From an uncultured virus (IMG/VR IMGVR_UViG_3300032030_000023) (lineage: Duplodnaviria; Heunggongvirae; Uroviricota; Caudoviricetes): a stretch of 62,640 nt of DNA. The notes below the pieces were generated by a model that ran no database searches, had not been told where the DNA came from, and saw nothing but the letters and a program-made list of their open reading frames with translations. Numbering within the stretch: the stretch's first letter is position 1; each line of letters starts with the position of its first letter. A program made the position numbers and the translations under genes. The DNA is taken from positions 62,001 to 124,640 of the IMG/VR virus record IMGVR_UViG_3300032030_000023. One strand, 5' to 3'. Shown piece after piece: positions 9,652 to 19,612 of the stretch.

Positions 9652-9901
9652 TGGAGTTAATTCACATATCATTTATATACAAGGTAATCATGCTTTATTG
9701 ATAAGTAAACCTTATAATGATTCTGTAAGTATAAGATGTAATGTTTATGCTTCTCATCAAGATTATATGCAATTTATTGATTATTTGGTAGAATCAAAAA
9801 TAAACTTTATTGATCATAATACTGTAATTGATCAACATCTTGAATTAAGTGTTAAAGAAAGAGATAAATTAATAATGTTACTTAAAATTTATGGAGGTTA
9901 A
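9617..9901 (+). CDS. small paralog-family protein
   Basis: ends KERDKLIMLLKIYGG. Confidence 0.75.
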   Translation: MECIYSVSTLNDGVNSHIIYIQGNHALLISKPYNDSVSIRCNVYASHQDYMQFIDYLVESKINFIDHNTVIDQHLELSVKERDKLIMLLKIYGG

Positions 9902-9902
9902 A

Positions 9903-10754
9903 ATGATAACTGTAGGTAAAGTAATAAATCTAAAACTTTGTTGTAATGTAGTTTATCCAATAAATAGTATTGATAATTGTGATAAATTTAAAATTAGATT
10001 TAACGAAGCATTAGCTAAGGTAAATAATATTTCAAATTATGCCTATTATAATATTTATAAAGAAAACTCACTTGGTTATTCTCAAGATAAATTATCTTTT
10101 GATGTTTATTCCTGTACATCATATAAAATATCTTTAGATGATTCAGATGTAAAAGAATTTAAAAAATATACATTAGGAGTGGATTATGGAACTATGAATG
10201 ATTATGCTTGTAATTTCTTTTCAAAGAAACTTGATAAAGAAGTTATTGGTTTTTATAATACTGGTTATAGAAGTGCTAGTGGTTTAATAAATCTTTATCA
10301 TCATGGTTCATTCATAGATGCAGATGATTTTAAAGACATCAGAATAATTACAAATGAAAATCTTAAACTTATTCAAGCTAATGCTTATTATAATCGTAGT
10401 TATTTATGTGTTGGACCAATTATTACAATGTTAAATACTTTATATGGTTGTGCATTAACAGATATTTCTGAAAAATTAAAGATAAAGTCTTCAACAAATT
10501 GTAACTTTAATCGTTTTTTTACTCAAAATGATGCAGAATTAACTTTAGATTTAGGTCAGTATTTAGATGAAATTAGAAGAGAAGCTACTAAAAAAGCTTT
10601 AGATAAATTTGCTAAATCTAGTGTAATAGAAACGTTAAATGAAATGAATGCAAAAATTAAAGTCGATACAAGAAGTGAAATATTATATATCGATTTTAAA
10701 GATTTAATAAATAGTTTAATTGATAAAAATTATAAAAATAATACATCAAAATAA
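9903..10754 (+). CDS. hypothetical protein
   Basis: long ORF, GGAGG RBS. Confidence 0.8.
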   Translation: MITVGKVINLKLCCNVVYPINSIDNCDKFKIRFNEALAKVNNISNYAYYNIYKENSLGYSQDKLSFDVYSCTSYKISLDDSDVKEFKKYTLGVDYGTMNDYACNFFSKKLDKEVIGFYNTGYRSASGLINLYHHGSFIDADDFKDIRIITNENLKLIQANAYYNRSYLCVGPIITMLNTLYGCALTDISEKLKIKSSTNCNFNRFFTQNDAELTLDLGQYLDEIRREATKKALDKFAKSSVIETLNEMNAKIKVDTRSEILYIDFKDLINSLIDKNYKNNTSK

Positions 10755-10882
10755 CTTTTAAAATCTTTATAAATAATTTAAAAACGTCTGAAAGTATTAG
10801 TATTACTATCATTTGTACATATAAAATTTTTACAATTTACAAAATACGTATATACTAACAGCTTAAATGAAAGGATATTAAA

Positions 10883-11707
10883 ATGATTAAACTAACACCT
10901 GTTAAAAAGAAATACTTTGTATCAATAGAGCCATCACATTATTCTAAAAGTTTTACTGATATTTATAACTGTAATAATACTAATAAATATTCTGGTAAAG
11001 TTACAGATTATGCAGATTATCATATTACTATTTCAAGAACAAATAGAAGAATAGATAATTATAAATATTTTTATACAAATACGATTAAACAGATTACTGA
11101 TACTGATAGTTTATTAGAAATTACAAATGATTTACTTAAATTTTTTAGTAGACGTAGCAAATATTATTGGTCAAACAGTAGATGTATTAGTTTTACTGAT
11201 TTAGTATTAAGTCTATGTCAAAAGCATTTAGGTAATCATTATATTGTAAATGATGGTGATATTTACTATTCAGAAAATAAAAGTCCTGAAGAAAATAAAA
11301 ATAATATAATGCAAGCTTTACAAGATCTTTATTTGATTGATACCAACGATTTAGTATCAGATACTTTTATATCTAAAGCACAGCAAAGACATATAGATTT
11401 AGAAAAAGAAATGAATGTTAAAAAGACATTATTAAATTCGTTTTTAATGGATAATATAAATAGTATTATAGAAGATTATGGATTAAAAGCAACAGAAAAC
11501 GGTATTATATTCGAGTATAAAAATTCTTATCGTGAAGGTTTTGATAAATTTGTTATGAAGGCTTTACATGAATTAATCGAAATACCATTAAAAGAACAAC
11601 TTAATCTTGATACTAAATTTACTAAATCAAGATCTACTGCTCTTACAGATGGTTATTCTGTATCTTGTTCTTTAAAAGATATTAGAATAAATACAAAGGA
11701 GTCATAA
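10883..11707 (+). CDS. hypothetical protein
   Basis: 274-aa ORF, GAAAGGA RBS. Confidence 0.8.
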   Translation: MIKLTPVKKKYFVSIEPSHYSKSFTDIYNCNNTNKYSGKVTDYADYHITISRTNRRIDNYKYFYTNTIKQITDTDSLLEITNDLLKFFSRRSKYYWSNSRCISFTDLVLSLCQKHLGNHYIVNDGDIYYSENKSPEENKNNIMQALQDLYLIDTNDLVSDTFISKAQQRHIDLEKEMNVKKTLLNSFLMDNINSIIEDYGLKATENGIIFEYKNSYREGFDKFVMKALHELIEIPLKEQLNLDTKFTKSRSTALTDGYSVSCSLKDIRINTKES

Positions 11708-11971
11708 ATGTTAGATTTAGATGTTATCAACAGATATGGAACTGATAATTCATGTACATATTTTTTCCATTATAATGATTCATCTTGTCAAATGGTTAGA
11801 GTAGATGTTGAAAATAATACTATTTCAGATATGGAGGTTATAGATAATAAAGATAAATGGTTTGAAACGTTACGTGAGTTAAATGTAATTAAGTCAAAAC
11901 AACATAAACTAACATTTAAGAATCTACAAAAGCTGTTATTATTATATAAGATTATGGGTTTTAATTTTTAA
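11708..11971 (+). CDS. small paralog-family protein
   Basis: ends KNLQKLLLLYKIMGFNF. Confidence 0.7.
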   Translation: MLDLDVINRYGTDNSCTYFFHYNDSSCQMVRVDVENNTISDMEVIDNKDKWFETLRELNVIKSKQHKLTFKNLQKLLLLYKIMGFNF

Positions 11972-12032
11972 GGGAGAATAGATATAATGATGACAGTAAT
12001 TTTATTAACAAATAATATAAGGAGTAATAATA

Positions 12033-12248
12033 ATGAGTAGTATTAAAGTAAAGTATTTAAAAGAAAAATTAGAGTGTGCTATGTATCAATTAGAGCAACT
12101 AGACGATGAAGACAATGTTCAGCTTACGTCTAACACATACTTTTTACATGGTGCTAATAATTTCTTAGGAATTTCTGGATATGATGGAGGTTATCTTGAT
12201 CTTGATCGTATTGAAGAAGCAGTTGAAAACGATGATGAAGAGGAGTAA
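12033..12248 (+). CDS. small acidic protein
   Basis: AAGGAG RBS; D/E-rich. Confidence 0.75.
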   Translation: MSSIKVKYLKEKLECAMYQLEQLDDEDNVQLTSNTYFLHGANNFLGISGYDGGYLDLDRIEEAVENDDEEE

Positions 12249-12253
12249 CAGAA

Positions 12254-12676
12254 ATGAAAGAGGTCAAAATTATATTGGTAGATGATGGAAGAAATTTTGA
12301 CTGTAGATCCGAAACAGAAATATCTTATAATGCTAATTTCACTAGGCTTACAGCAGCTATTAATGAAATCTTAGATGATTTAGATGATGATCAAGTATAT
12401 ATTAATTTTAAGAATCCAAGTGAAAAATGTTATCCATTTTTTATTTGTAAAAATAAAAAAGCAGAAGAAGCAAAGGCTTGCGAAATTTTTATAGATTATA
12501 TATATTTTTGGGTAGAATTATATGGTGATTTAGAAAAATTTTATATCACAGTTATCAAATATTTTCCAGAACTTATTGACCAAGTAGTAGAAGATATAAT
12601 AGAAGAAGGATATGATGATCCTGCTGATTATGATGTTAATATTGAAAAATTAAAACAACAATATTTAAAAGAATAA
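12254..12676 (+). CDS. acidic hypothetical protein
   Basis: GAGGAG RBS. Confidence 0.75.
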   Translation: MKEVKIILVDDGRNFDCRSETEISYNANFTRLTAAINEILDDLDDDQVYINFKNPSEKCYPFFICKNKKAEEAKACEIFIDYIYFWVELYGDLEKFYITVIKYFPELIDQVVEDIIEEGYDDPADYDVNIEKLKQQYLKE

Positions 12677-12689
12677 AGGAGTAAAAAAT

Positions 12690-13070
12690 ATGATAAAAGT
12701 ATTAAATAATATTGACATAATTATAACCGGTAAAAATATTTATTATAATTATAACGATATATTATATACAAAAGAACAATTCGAAGATAAATATATTTTA
12801 CATGTAGATACACCTTCAAAACCACAAGAAGAAATTAAAGACTTGTTTGATATTGAAGGTAATATCTGTGTTAAACTTCAAAAAAGTGATTATGTTAAAT
12901 TTAGTTTTGATAATGAATATGATCAACATATTTCTGGTGAAGGTATAATCACTAGAGTAGAGTATGATGATAATGATAGAATGGAAGATTGTTATGTAGT
13001 TAGAACTAGTAACGATCCATTAGAAACTATTATTATCTATGGTCGCGACATTGACGAAGCATGGAGGTAA
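12690..13070 (+). CDS. acidic hypothetical protein
   Basis: AAGGAG RBS. Confidence 0.75.
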   Translation: MIKVLNNIDIIITGKNIYYNYNDILYTKEQFEDKYILHVDTPSKPQEEIKDLFDIEGNICVKLQKSDYVKFSFDNEYDQHISGEGIITRVEYDDNDRMEDCYVVRTSNDPLETIIIYGRDIDEAWR

Positions 13071-13073
13071 GTA

Positions 13074-13235
13074 ATGGATGAATTATATATTGAACAATTT
13101 AATGATGATGACGTAAAGTGTTATGGAATGTGTCTTAGTGATTATGGAGTATTCGATAACACAGGTCATTGTTATTTTTATGGATCTAAAGGAGAGTGTG
13201 AAGCATATCTCATTAAAAGAAAAGGAAGTAATTAA
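13074..13235 (+). CDS. 53-aa hypothetical protein (not in ORF track)
   Basis: MDELYIEQFNDDDVKCYG... after GGAGG RBS. Confidence 0.65.
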   Translation: MDELYIEQFNDDDVKCYGMCLSDYGVFDNTGHCYFYGSKGECEAYLIKRKGSN

Positions 13236-13368
13236 TGACTGTTACTAATATAATATTGTTACTTCTCTGGATTACATGGATGTTTAGTATATATCTTAGA
13301 CATAAAGAAAACATGGTTAATCTTGAGATATTAAAAATGTTAAAAGATAACGAAATTAATGGAGGTAA

Positions 13369-13665
13369 ATGATGTTTGTTCTTGAAGTAAAACAAAATAC
13401 ATACGTTAATGCTTTTGATTCAACAACCAAACAAGACTTAGGTGATGAATCTGGTGAGTATGAATTGCAACCTGGATTATATCCAATTCATGAATTTGAT
13501 GTTGATATAAATCAAGTATATTGCATGACTATTCTTAAAGACAATAAACTTATTGAGATTCAATTTCTTGATGAGGGTGATGAAGCTGATGAGCCACTCA
13601 CTAATTATCTTGATATTAAATACTTGAAACAGTTTAATTTTTCAATGTTAAAAGGATATAAATAA
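13369..13665 (+). CDS. acidic hypothetical protein
   Basis: GGAGG RBS. Confidence 0.7.
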   Translation: MMFVLEVKQNTYVNAFDSTTKQDLGDESGEYELQPGLYPIHEFDVDINQVYCMTILKDNKLIEIQFLDEGDEADEPLTNYLDIKYLKQFNFSMLKGYK

Positions 13666-14075
13666 TGACTAATTTATATTTCGTACAAGGAATACCAACA
13701 AGTTATGCTATGCCAGATTTGTTTGTATTTAGTAATAAAAGAAAAGCTGAATCAGCTAAAAAAATAATTGAAGATTTTTATGATTCAATGTGCTTTGATC
13801 AAGTATATGAAATTAAAGAAGTTGATATTACAAATTTAAATATTAAAGACAACAAATTATATTGTGTAGTTGGAGCAGTAACACCTCTTGAAACACAAAC
13901 TTGGATATTCGATACTAAAACAGAAGCTGAGAAAAAAGAAAACGAATTGTGGGATGATCCTAATCGTTTTAATGATGCTCAATTTTATACTACAGAAATA
14001 GATTTGAATAATCTAAATACTATAAAATCCATAAGAGATTTTATTAAAGAACAAAAAGAATACTATGAAGATTGA
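13665..14075 (+). CDS. hypothetical protein with internal duplication
   Basis: LYFVQG...FSNKRKAE and LYCVVG...FDTKTEAE halves. Confidence 0.7.
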   Translation: MTNLYFVQGIPTSYAMPDLFVFSNKRKAESAKKIIEDFYDSMCFDQVYEIKEVDITNLNIKDNKLYCVVGAVTPLETQTWIFDTKTEAEKKENELWDDPNRFNDAQFYTTEIDLNNLNTIKSIRDFIKEQKEYYED

Positions 14076-14089
14076 AAGGAGGTAAAATC

Positions 14090-14362
14090 ATGTTTGTAGT
14101 AAAAATATATCAAGAAACAGATGATGATCGAATCCATGATACTGATAGTTATTATTTTAACACAGAAGCTGAAGCCAAAGCATTTGAAGAAGCAATGAAT
14201 AAAAAAGGTAAAGAACTTTTAAATAGATGGGTATATGTAAAATTTAATGTATGGAGTTATAAAATTGAACCTCAAACATTGTCTGATGCTTTAAAAGATG
14301 CTAATGAATGGTATGATGCTGTGTTAGATAGTGGTGATGAAGAGGAGCAAGATGATGACTAA
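14090..14362 (+). CDS. acidic hypothetical protein
   Basis: AGGAGG RBS. Confidence 0.75.
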   Translation: MFVVKIYQETDDDRIHDTDSYYFNTEAEAKAFEEAMNKKGKELLNRWVYVKFNVWSYKIEPQTLSDALKDANEWYDAVLDSGDEEEQDDD

Positions 14363-14774
14363 ACAATATGTTACTGCTGATGAGCTTAAGAAAGCTGCAG
14401 ACTATCTTGCTTCTACTAAAGAAGAAGGTGGTTGTTATCGTTGGAAAGTATATGCTAATACTGAGGACAATAAAGATATAAGTATTGTCTTAGGTTGGAC
14501 AGATGGTTTTGATAAGAATGATCCTGATAAAGATAAATATCAAGATGATACTTGGAGACTTGCTGTTAAAGTAGGTTATCAACCATCTAACAGTATAATG
14601 CAATGTGATTATGATATAGACTTTTATCTTCCATATAATCCAGACACTGGTGATGTATGTGATGATTGTGAGTATTGCATATATGAAACAACAGACTTTG
14701 AAGCATTAGCTAAAGATATTAATAAGAATACTTCTTGGGTAATTAAACATTGGAAGGAGTTAGGACATGAATAA
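14352..14774 (+). CDS. acidic hypothetical protein
   Basis: GAGGAG RBS. Confidence 0.75.
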   Translation: MMTKQYVTADELKKAADYLASTKEEGGCYRWKVYANTEDNKDISIVLGWTDGFDKNDPDKDKYQDDTWRLAVKVGYQPSNSIMQCDYDIDFYLPYNPDTGDVCDDCEYCIYETTDFEALAKDINKNTSWVIKHWKELGHE

Positions 14775-15018
14775 ATACAAAGTACCAGTAAAACTTATCT
14801 TTACAGGAACAGTTGATGTTTTAGCTGAAGATGAAGAAAAAGCAAAGAATATCGTTTCAACTAACTTTAGTGGAATGCTTGCCTATGCTGAAAATAATTG
14901 TTGTGATAGCATTGAAGAATGGGATATAGATATTCATGGTGATACTGAACTAAATGAAGATGAAGAAGTTGAATTAATCGGAGCAGTAATCGATGAAGAG
15001 GAGTTAAGCGATGAGTAA
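14767..15018 (+). CDS. very acidic small protein
   Basis: AAGGAG RBS; overlaps upstream stop. Confidence 0.75.
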   Translation: MNKYKVPVKLIFTGTVDVLAEDEEKAKNIVSTNFSGMLAYAENNCCDSIEEWDIDIHGDTELNEDEEVELIGAVIDEEELSDE

Positions 15019-15211
15019 ATATAATGTATGTTATTGGTACGATACTGAAGATAAAGCTTGGAATTCTATAGAAATAGATGATGAGTTTACTAGAGGAGAT
15101 AACATAGTAACAGTTGTTGATAAGACAGATACACATGTTACTATTGAATATCATTCTGGTAAACGTATCAAACTTACTAGAGAACAAGCACTTAATAGTT
15201 TATATTGTTAG
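15011..15211 (+). CDS. hypothetical protein
   Basis: GAGGAG RBS. Confidence 0.7.
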   Translation: MSKYNVCYWYDTEDKAWNSIEIDDEFTRGDNIVTVVDKTDTHVTIEYHSGKRIKLTREQALNSLYC

Positions 15212-15232
15212 ATCATTGAAAGGAGTTATAAT

Positions 15233-15439
15233 ATGTATAAAATATATACAATAACAATTGTTACTGCTGATAATAATAAAACTTGGTATTTTACAGATGA
15301 AGATATGAAAGATGAAGTATTAGATTACATTGATACATTAGGTATTGAAGATAAGATTGATATACAGACTGATGAATTCTTTGCTAACTCAAATGTTGAT
15401 ACCACTGAACGAGAAATATTTAATTTTCTTAATGGTTAA
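15233..15439 (+). CDS. small acidic protein
   Basis: AAGGAG RBS. Confidence 0.7.
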   Translation: MYKIYTITIVTADNNKTWYFTDEDMKDEVLDYIDTLGIEDKIDIQTDEFFANSNVDTTEREIFNFLNG

Positions 15440-15457
15440 TACGAAAGGAGTATTCTA

Positions 15458-15883
15458 ATGAGTAATCCAATTTCTAGTACTAAACACCAATGGGTATTTA
15501 AAGGTCATCCATTAATTAAAGCAGTAGCTGATAAAGCTAAAGCAGAAGGTTACAGGGTATTTTTAAATGTCGATGGTGGTTCTTGTTTTCCAGAAGGTAC
15601 ATATGGTTTTATTACACCACAAGATGGTAGTAAGATATTATATTTTCAAATGCAACCATTTAATATGTATGTAGAATTTAGTGTTCAGATTGTACCATCA
15701 AAAGTATTTGGTTCTAGCTATCACATTAATAATGATGATATTTGTTGTTTAGAAGATGTTGATAAGTACTTGAATTTGAAAAGTATTTTCGATAATATGA
15801 GAAATATGGAAGATCGAACATTATACACATTAGATATGCATATGAATGATCAATGGGGATTAAGCAATTATGCTGAATATTAA
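15458..15883 (+). CDS. hypothetical protein
   Basis: AAGGAG RBS. Confidence 0.75.
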   Translation: MSNPISSTKHQWVFKGHPLIKAVADKAKAEGYRVFLNVDGGSCFPEGTYGFITPQDGSKILYFQMQPFNMYVEFSVQIVPSKVFGSSYHINNDDICCLEDVDKYLNLKSIFDNMRNMEDRTLYTLDMHMNDQWGLSNYAEY

Positions 15884-15910
15884 TAACATATATATGAAAG
15901 GAGTAAGATT

Positions 15911-16231
15911 ATGAGTTATGAACAAAAATATGATAAAGATATTTTAGCTGAAGAAACTATCAATGTTGATGGTGATGACTACACTTGCTATATTTTAGAT
16001 GATAAAGATTATTATAATGTACATGTTGTTGATGATCATTATCATGATGATGAAGGTAATACATTAAGACTTCAAGAACCAAAGGAATGTGTAAGTTTAG
16101 ATAAGGTTACTTCTAAACCATTCATGTTATCACAAATCATGGAACATGTTTTATGGCACATGTGTTATGGTGAAAACAGAAAAATGTATGACTTCAGTAT
16201 TGATTATGAAGAAAATGATTTAAACTATTAA
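15911..16231 (+). CDS. acidic hypothetical protein
   Basis: AAGGAG RBS. Confidence 0.75.
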   Translation: MSYEQKYDKDILAEETINVDGDDYTCYILDDKDYYNVHVVDDHYHDDEGNTLRLQEPKECVSLDKVTSKPFMLSQIMEHVLWHMCYGENRKMYDFSIDYEENDLNY

Positions 16232-16259
16232 TTTCTAATATCACGAAGGAGAATATACG

Positions 16260-16613
16260 ATGTCTAATACTTTTAAAATGGGTGTATATGTATACAGAAC
16301 AAATGCTTGGGGTGATTGTTCGTTAGATGGTATTACATCTAAGAATGATAGACTTGAAGCATGTTGGAATACAAAAGATATTTATAAAAATCCAGATCCA
16401 GAAGTTGCTAAGAAATGTGATCTTATCATTCGAGCAGATGAAATCTGTGGTGGATTGAAATGTATTCGTGCTTGGGTTGTTGATAAAGAAACCGGTGAAC
16501 CTACAAAACGCTGGGGAATGTGTGGAGGAAATTTTGTTTATAGTTCTGATGGCAGATTTCCAAAACTATTAGACTTTCCTGAACCAATACAAGTTATGGA
16601 TAGATTCGAATAA
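16260..16613 (+). CDS. conserved-looking phage hypothetical protein
   Basis: DCSLDGITS and MCGGNFVYSSDGRF...DRFE motifs; GAAGGAG RBS. Confidence 0.75.
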   Translation: MSNTFKMGVYVYRTNAWGDCSLDGITSKNDRLEACWNTKDIYKNPDPEVAKKCDLIIRADEICGGLKCIRAWVVDKETGEPTKRWGMCGGNFVYSSDGRFPKLLDFPEPIQVMDRFE

Positions 16614-16623
16614 AAGAAATTGA

Positions 16624-16661
16624 AATTTTTGGTTTTACTTTTTAATTATTAATATTATAAT
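16624..16661 (+). promoter_or_regulatory. repeated early-type promoter
   Basis: AATTTTTGGTTTTACTT...TATAAT. Confidence 0.75.
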
Positions 16662-16699
16662 TATATTAAGGTTTAATTTTGATTTGGAGGATACAATTT

Positions 16700-16759
16700 A
16701 TGAAAAAATCTACTAGTCTTATTATATCACTTTTAGGTAAACGTAAAGGAGGTAAATAA
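16700..16759 (+). CDS. 19-aa leader-like peptide
   Basis: MKKSTSLIISLLGKRKGGK with GGAGG RBS directly after promoter. Confidence 0.4.
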   Translation: MKKSTSLIISLLGKRKGGK

Positions 16760-16763
16760 CTAG

Positions 16764-17066
16764 ATGACATTTGAAATTGATTATGTCAATAAAATGGTAT
16801 CTGAGTTTTTAGGATTTAATATTCCATTAAATACTTTTGTGTCCATGGAAAAAGATACTAATAAATATTTAATAAACTTAGATACAAATAAAATAAAAAA
16901 TATGGATTCATTTCTTAATATGTTATCCTATAAATTATCAAGTGTTAGTGAAAATATCGCAATTAACATTGGTAAAAGAACAACTATTATTATGGATGAA
17001 GATACTTTGATTAGATTTATAAATATTGTTAACATTAAAAAAGGAGATTTAAAATGTGGTATGTAG
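16764..17066 (+). CDS. hypothetical protein (possible divergent paralog-family member)
   Basis: DTLIRFINIVNIK near C-terminus. Confidence 0.7.
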   Translation: MTFEIDYVNKMVSEFLGFNIPLNTFVSMEKDTNKYLINLDTNKIKNMDSFLNMLSYKLSSVSENIAINIGKRTTIIMDEDTLIRFINIVNIKKGDLKCGM

Positions 17067-17188
17067 TATTAAATGGTAAAAGAATTCCTGTTCCTTACAG
17101 AACTTATGATGAATGTATGGCAGAATGTCGTAGACTTCAAGAAACTATGTGTGCAGTAGCAGTACATCCTGAATTAGTTAATGACTAA
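17054..17188 (+). CDS. 44-aa hypothetical protein (not in ORF track)
   Basis: MWYVVLNGKRIPVPYRTYDEC... after AAGGAG RBS. Confidence 0.6.
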   Translation: MWYVVLNGKRIPVPYRTYDECMAECRRLQETMCAVAVHPELVND

Positions 17189-17203
17189 TAAAAGGAATTT
17201 AGT

Positions 17204-17389
17204 ATGATAAAAGTTATAGTCGAATTTTATAATGACAAACATCCATTAGGTTCAAAAGATAATACTAGATTACATCTTGGAGCACGTGATGAAGAACATG
17301 CTAAAAAGATTATAGAAGACTCTAAAAAATTCTTTAGTGAATCAATGTTTGGATGGAAAGTCAATACAAAAATAATTAGAAATGACTGA
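17204..17389 (+). CDS. hypothetical protein
   Basis: AAGGA RBS. Confidence 0.65.
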   Translation: MIKVIVEFYNDKHPLGSKDNTRLHLGARDEEHAKKIIEDSKKFFSESMFGWKVNTKIIRND

Positions 17390-17442
17390 GATTAAATTCT
17401 CGATATTATTATGTTTATTTCTTTTGAAGGAGAATACATAGT

Positions 17443-17730
17443 ATGGAGATAGAATTAAGTATAGTGAAAAAGGATTCTACGGGAGTTTATTGGGTTGTAT
17501 TTCGTATTATTAACAACGACTGTATTGTTTATAACAAAGCTATGTATAGATTATTATTAAGGGAAATAAAAAACTCAGGCTTAAAAATAATAAAAAGCTA
17601 TGAGCATAAAGGCTATTATAAACTAACTCTTACAAAAGATGCTATTGAAAAATTATGCTTTTTTATTAAGCTTTATAAAAAACGAATGAATGCATTAGAT
17701 ACTGAAAATGTTATTTATTATGAATTTTAG
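17443..17730 (+). CDS. small paralog-family protein
   Basis: YKLTLTKDAIEKLCFFIKLY. Confidence 0.7.
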   Translation: MEIELSIVKKDSTGVYWVVFRIINNDCIVYNKAMYRLLLREIKNSGLKIIKSYEHKGYYKLTLTKDAIEKLCFFIKLYKKRMNALDTENVIYYEF

Positions 17731-17744
17731 AAAGGAAGTATAAA

Positions 17745-18059
17745 ATGAAAAAAGAAAAAGAGTTTAAATTAACCGAAGTAAAAGTTATTAATTATGGATT
17801 AGTCTTAAGTATAAAGATTAATAACTTTGCTTTTAGAATTATATATGACTTTTATTATAATACATTTATGTTAGAAGTTGATTGTCATATTTCTACTACA
17901 AAAGGAAAAGCTTTTGAATACTTTTGCAATATCTTTAATTTAAAAATTAAACCAGATGATAGAGGATGGTATAATGATATTGCTTTAGAATATGATGATT
18001 ATTTAAAAATAGTATCACAACTTAAATCAATGGGTATCAAATATAAATATGGAGATTAA
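17745..18059 (+). CDS. small paralog-family protein
   Basis: DDYLKIVSQLKSMGI; N-terminus identical to next gene. Confidence 0.75.
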   Translation: MKKEKEFKLTEVKVINYGLVLSIKINNFAFRIIYDFYYNTFMLEVDCHISTTKGKAFEYFCNIFNLKIKPDDRGWYNDIALEYDDYLKIVSQLKSMGIKYKYGD

Positions 18060-18061
18060 TC

Positions 18062-18361
18062 ATGAAAAAAGAAAAAGAGTTTAAATTAAATGGAGTTTCG
18101 GTCATTGAGTATGGAAGAACTTTAAGTATTAAAATTGGTAATGAGTCATTTCATATTATTTATGATTTTGAAGAAGATTGTTTTATATTAATTGGTGATA
18201 TGCCTGTTATTAAAGGTGAAAATTATAAAAAATTTTGTGATTACTTTAATCTACCACTCGAAACTTATTGTGGTGGTATGTATTATAAGAATGTAAAGCT
18301 TGACTATGATACATATAAAAAGCTAAGAATGCAATTTAAAATATTAGGTTATTTATTATAA
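18062..18361 (+). CDS. small paralog-family protein
   Basis: ends DTYKKLRMQFKILGYLL. Confidence 0.75.
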   Translation: MKKEKEFKLNGVSVIEYGRTLSIKIGNESFHIIYDFEEDCFILIGDMPVIKGENYKKFCDYFNLPLETYCGGMYYKNVKLDYDTYKKLRMQFKILGYLL

Positions 18362-18436
18362 AGAAGTTAAACTAAAACCTTTTGATAAAATAATGAAAGA
18401 AACTTGTAAACAATATAATTAATAAAGGAGGTTAAT

Positions 18437-18808
18437 ATGACTTCTATAACTAGATATTATAATAAAAAAGGTCAAATAATAGATGAAGAACCTAACAGAG
18501 GACCATATTACTATTTAGATTTATTAGATTGTGCAGGAATGCATATACGTATTTATAAAGAATATGCACATAGTATGATAGAGTTAGCTGAGGTAAGTTA
18601 TGATAGGTTATATGTAGAAGGTGAGAAGGATTATAGGTTTGCTAAGGTATATTTTAGAGTAGGTAATTATAGGGAATATTTTGAGAATAAAAATAATATA
18701 AATTTATTTATTATGATCGTTAAAATACAAGCTGCATTATCTGATTTACCAAAGAGTTTAGTTGATGATTATATTAAACTTATAATAGAAAATATAATTG
18801 AGGAGTAA
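18437..18808 (+). CDS. hypothetical protein
   Basis: AGGAGG RBS. Confidence 0.75.
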   Translation: MTSITRYYNKKGQIIDEEPNRGPYYYLDLLDCAGMHIRIYKEYAHSMIELAEVSYDRLYVEGEKDYRFAKVYFRVGNYREYFENKNNINLFIMIVKIQAALSDLPKSLVDDYIKLIIENIIEE

Positions 18809-18812
18809 ACAA

Positions 18813-19166
18813 ATGAAAACAGATATCTCTAAAGAAATTTTAAAAGATATTGGTAAAGCACTTACGGATATTTTTATTAAGAATAATTTAATACCAAATA
18901 AATATGTATCAATATCTGTGCAAAAAGCTAAAAAATTTAGAGTATTATATGAAGAAAAATCTGATACAACTTGGTATGCGTTAACAATTACTAGATGGGT
19001 TTTTGAAGGAATTGATCCAAAATGGAGTATTAAAAGAATAAAATTTATAGAAAAGTTATTGAATGAAAAAATAGCTGACGTGTGTAAAAATATATTTAAA
19101 GATGATTTATTTTTGACTGACGAACAAGTGAATAAATTATATATAATGTCAAAAATTTATAATTGA
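18813..19166 (+). CDS. small paralog-family protein
   Basis: ends EQVNKLYIMSKIYN. Confidence 0.75.
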   Translation: MKTDISKEILKDIGKALTDIFIKNNLIPNKYVSISVQKAKKFRVLYEEKSDTTWYALTITRWVFEGIDPKWSIKRIKFIEKLLNEKIADVCKNIFKDDLFLTDEQVNKLYIMSKIYN

Positions 19167-19223
19167 TTTGTCTTATTTGTTTTTATATTGTAATATGTAT
19201 TTATAAACTAAAAGGAAGTTAAT

Positions 19224-19592
19224 ATGAATAAAGAATGTGAAGAATTAATTAATGAAGTTACAGCAACTATTTGTACAAAAGATAATATATTTAATGCTTT
19301 AGATAATCTAGAATATATTATTGATACTGTAAAACACAATGTTATTAGTGAAAAATTTACTAAAGTTTATCTTATCAACGGTAATCCAAATGATGTACGT
19401 CGAGAAATTAGTGCTAAGTATGGTTTTAGATGTAGTTGGGAAGGTTCACCAGAAACATGTGGTATTATTACAGTATATGTACCAAAAGATAAATGTACCA
19501 AAGCATTACTAGATAGCTTTAAAAAATATGATAAACTACTTGGTGCTCTTGGTACTAGTGATCCATGTAGAACATATCCAACTATAGATTAG
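19224..19592 (+). CDS. hypothetical protein
   Basis: AAGGA RBS. Confidence 0.7.
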   Translation: MNKECEELINEVTATICTKDNIFNALDNLEYIIDTVKHNVISEKFTKVYLINGNPNDVRREISAKYGFRCSWEGSPETCGIITVYVPKDKCTKALLDSFKKYDKLLGALGTSDPCRTYPTID

Positions 19593-19612
19593 CTGAAAGG
19601 TTAGATATAAAT

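Noticed and set aside
8014..11707. The 8014, 9903 and 10883 genes as a second paralog family
   Set aside because: Similar size and context, but no convincing shared motif by eye
13235..13372. Small membrane peptide (LLIIILLLLWITWMF...)
   Set aside because: The hydrophobic frame is out of frame with the nearest ATG; it may be frameshifted, so it is not called
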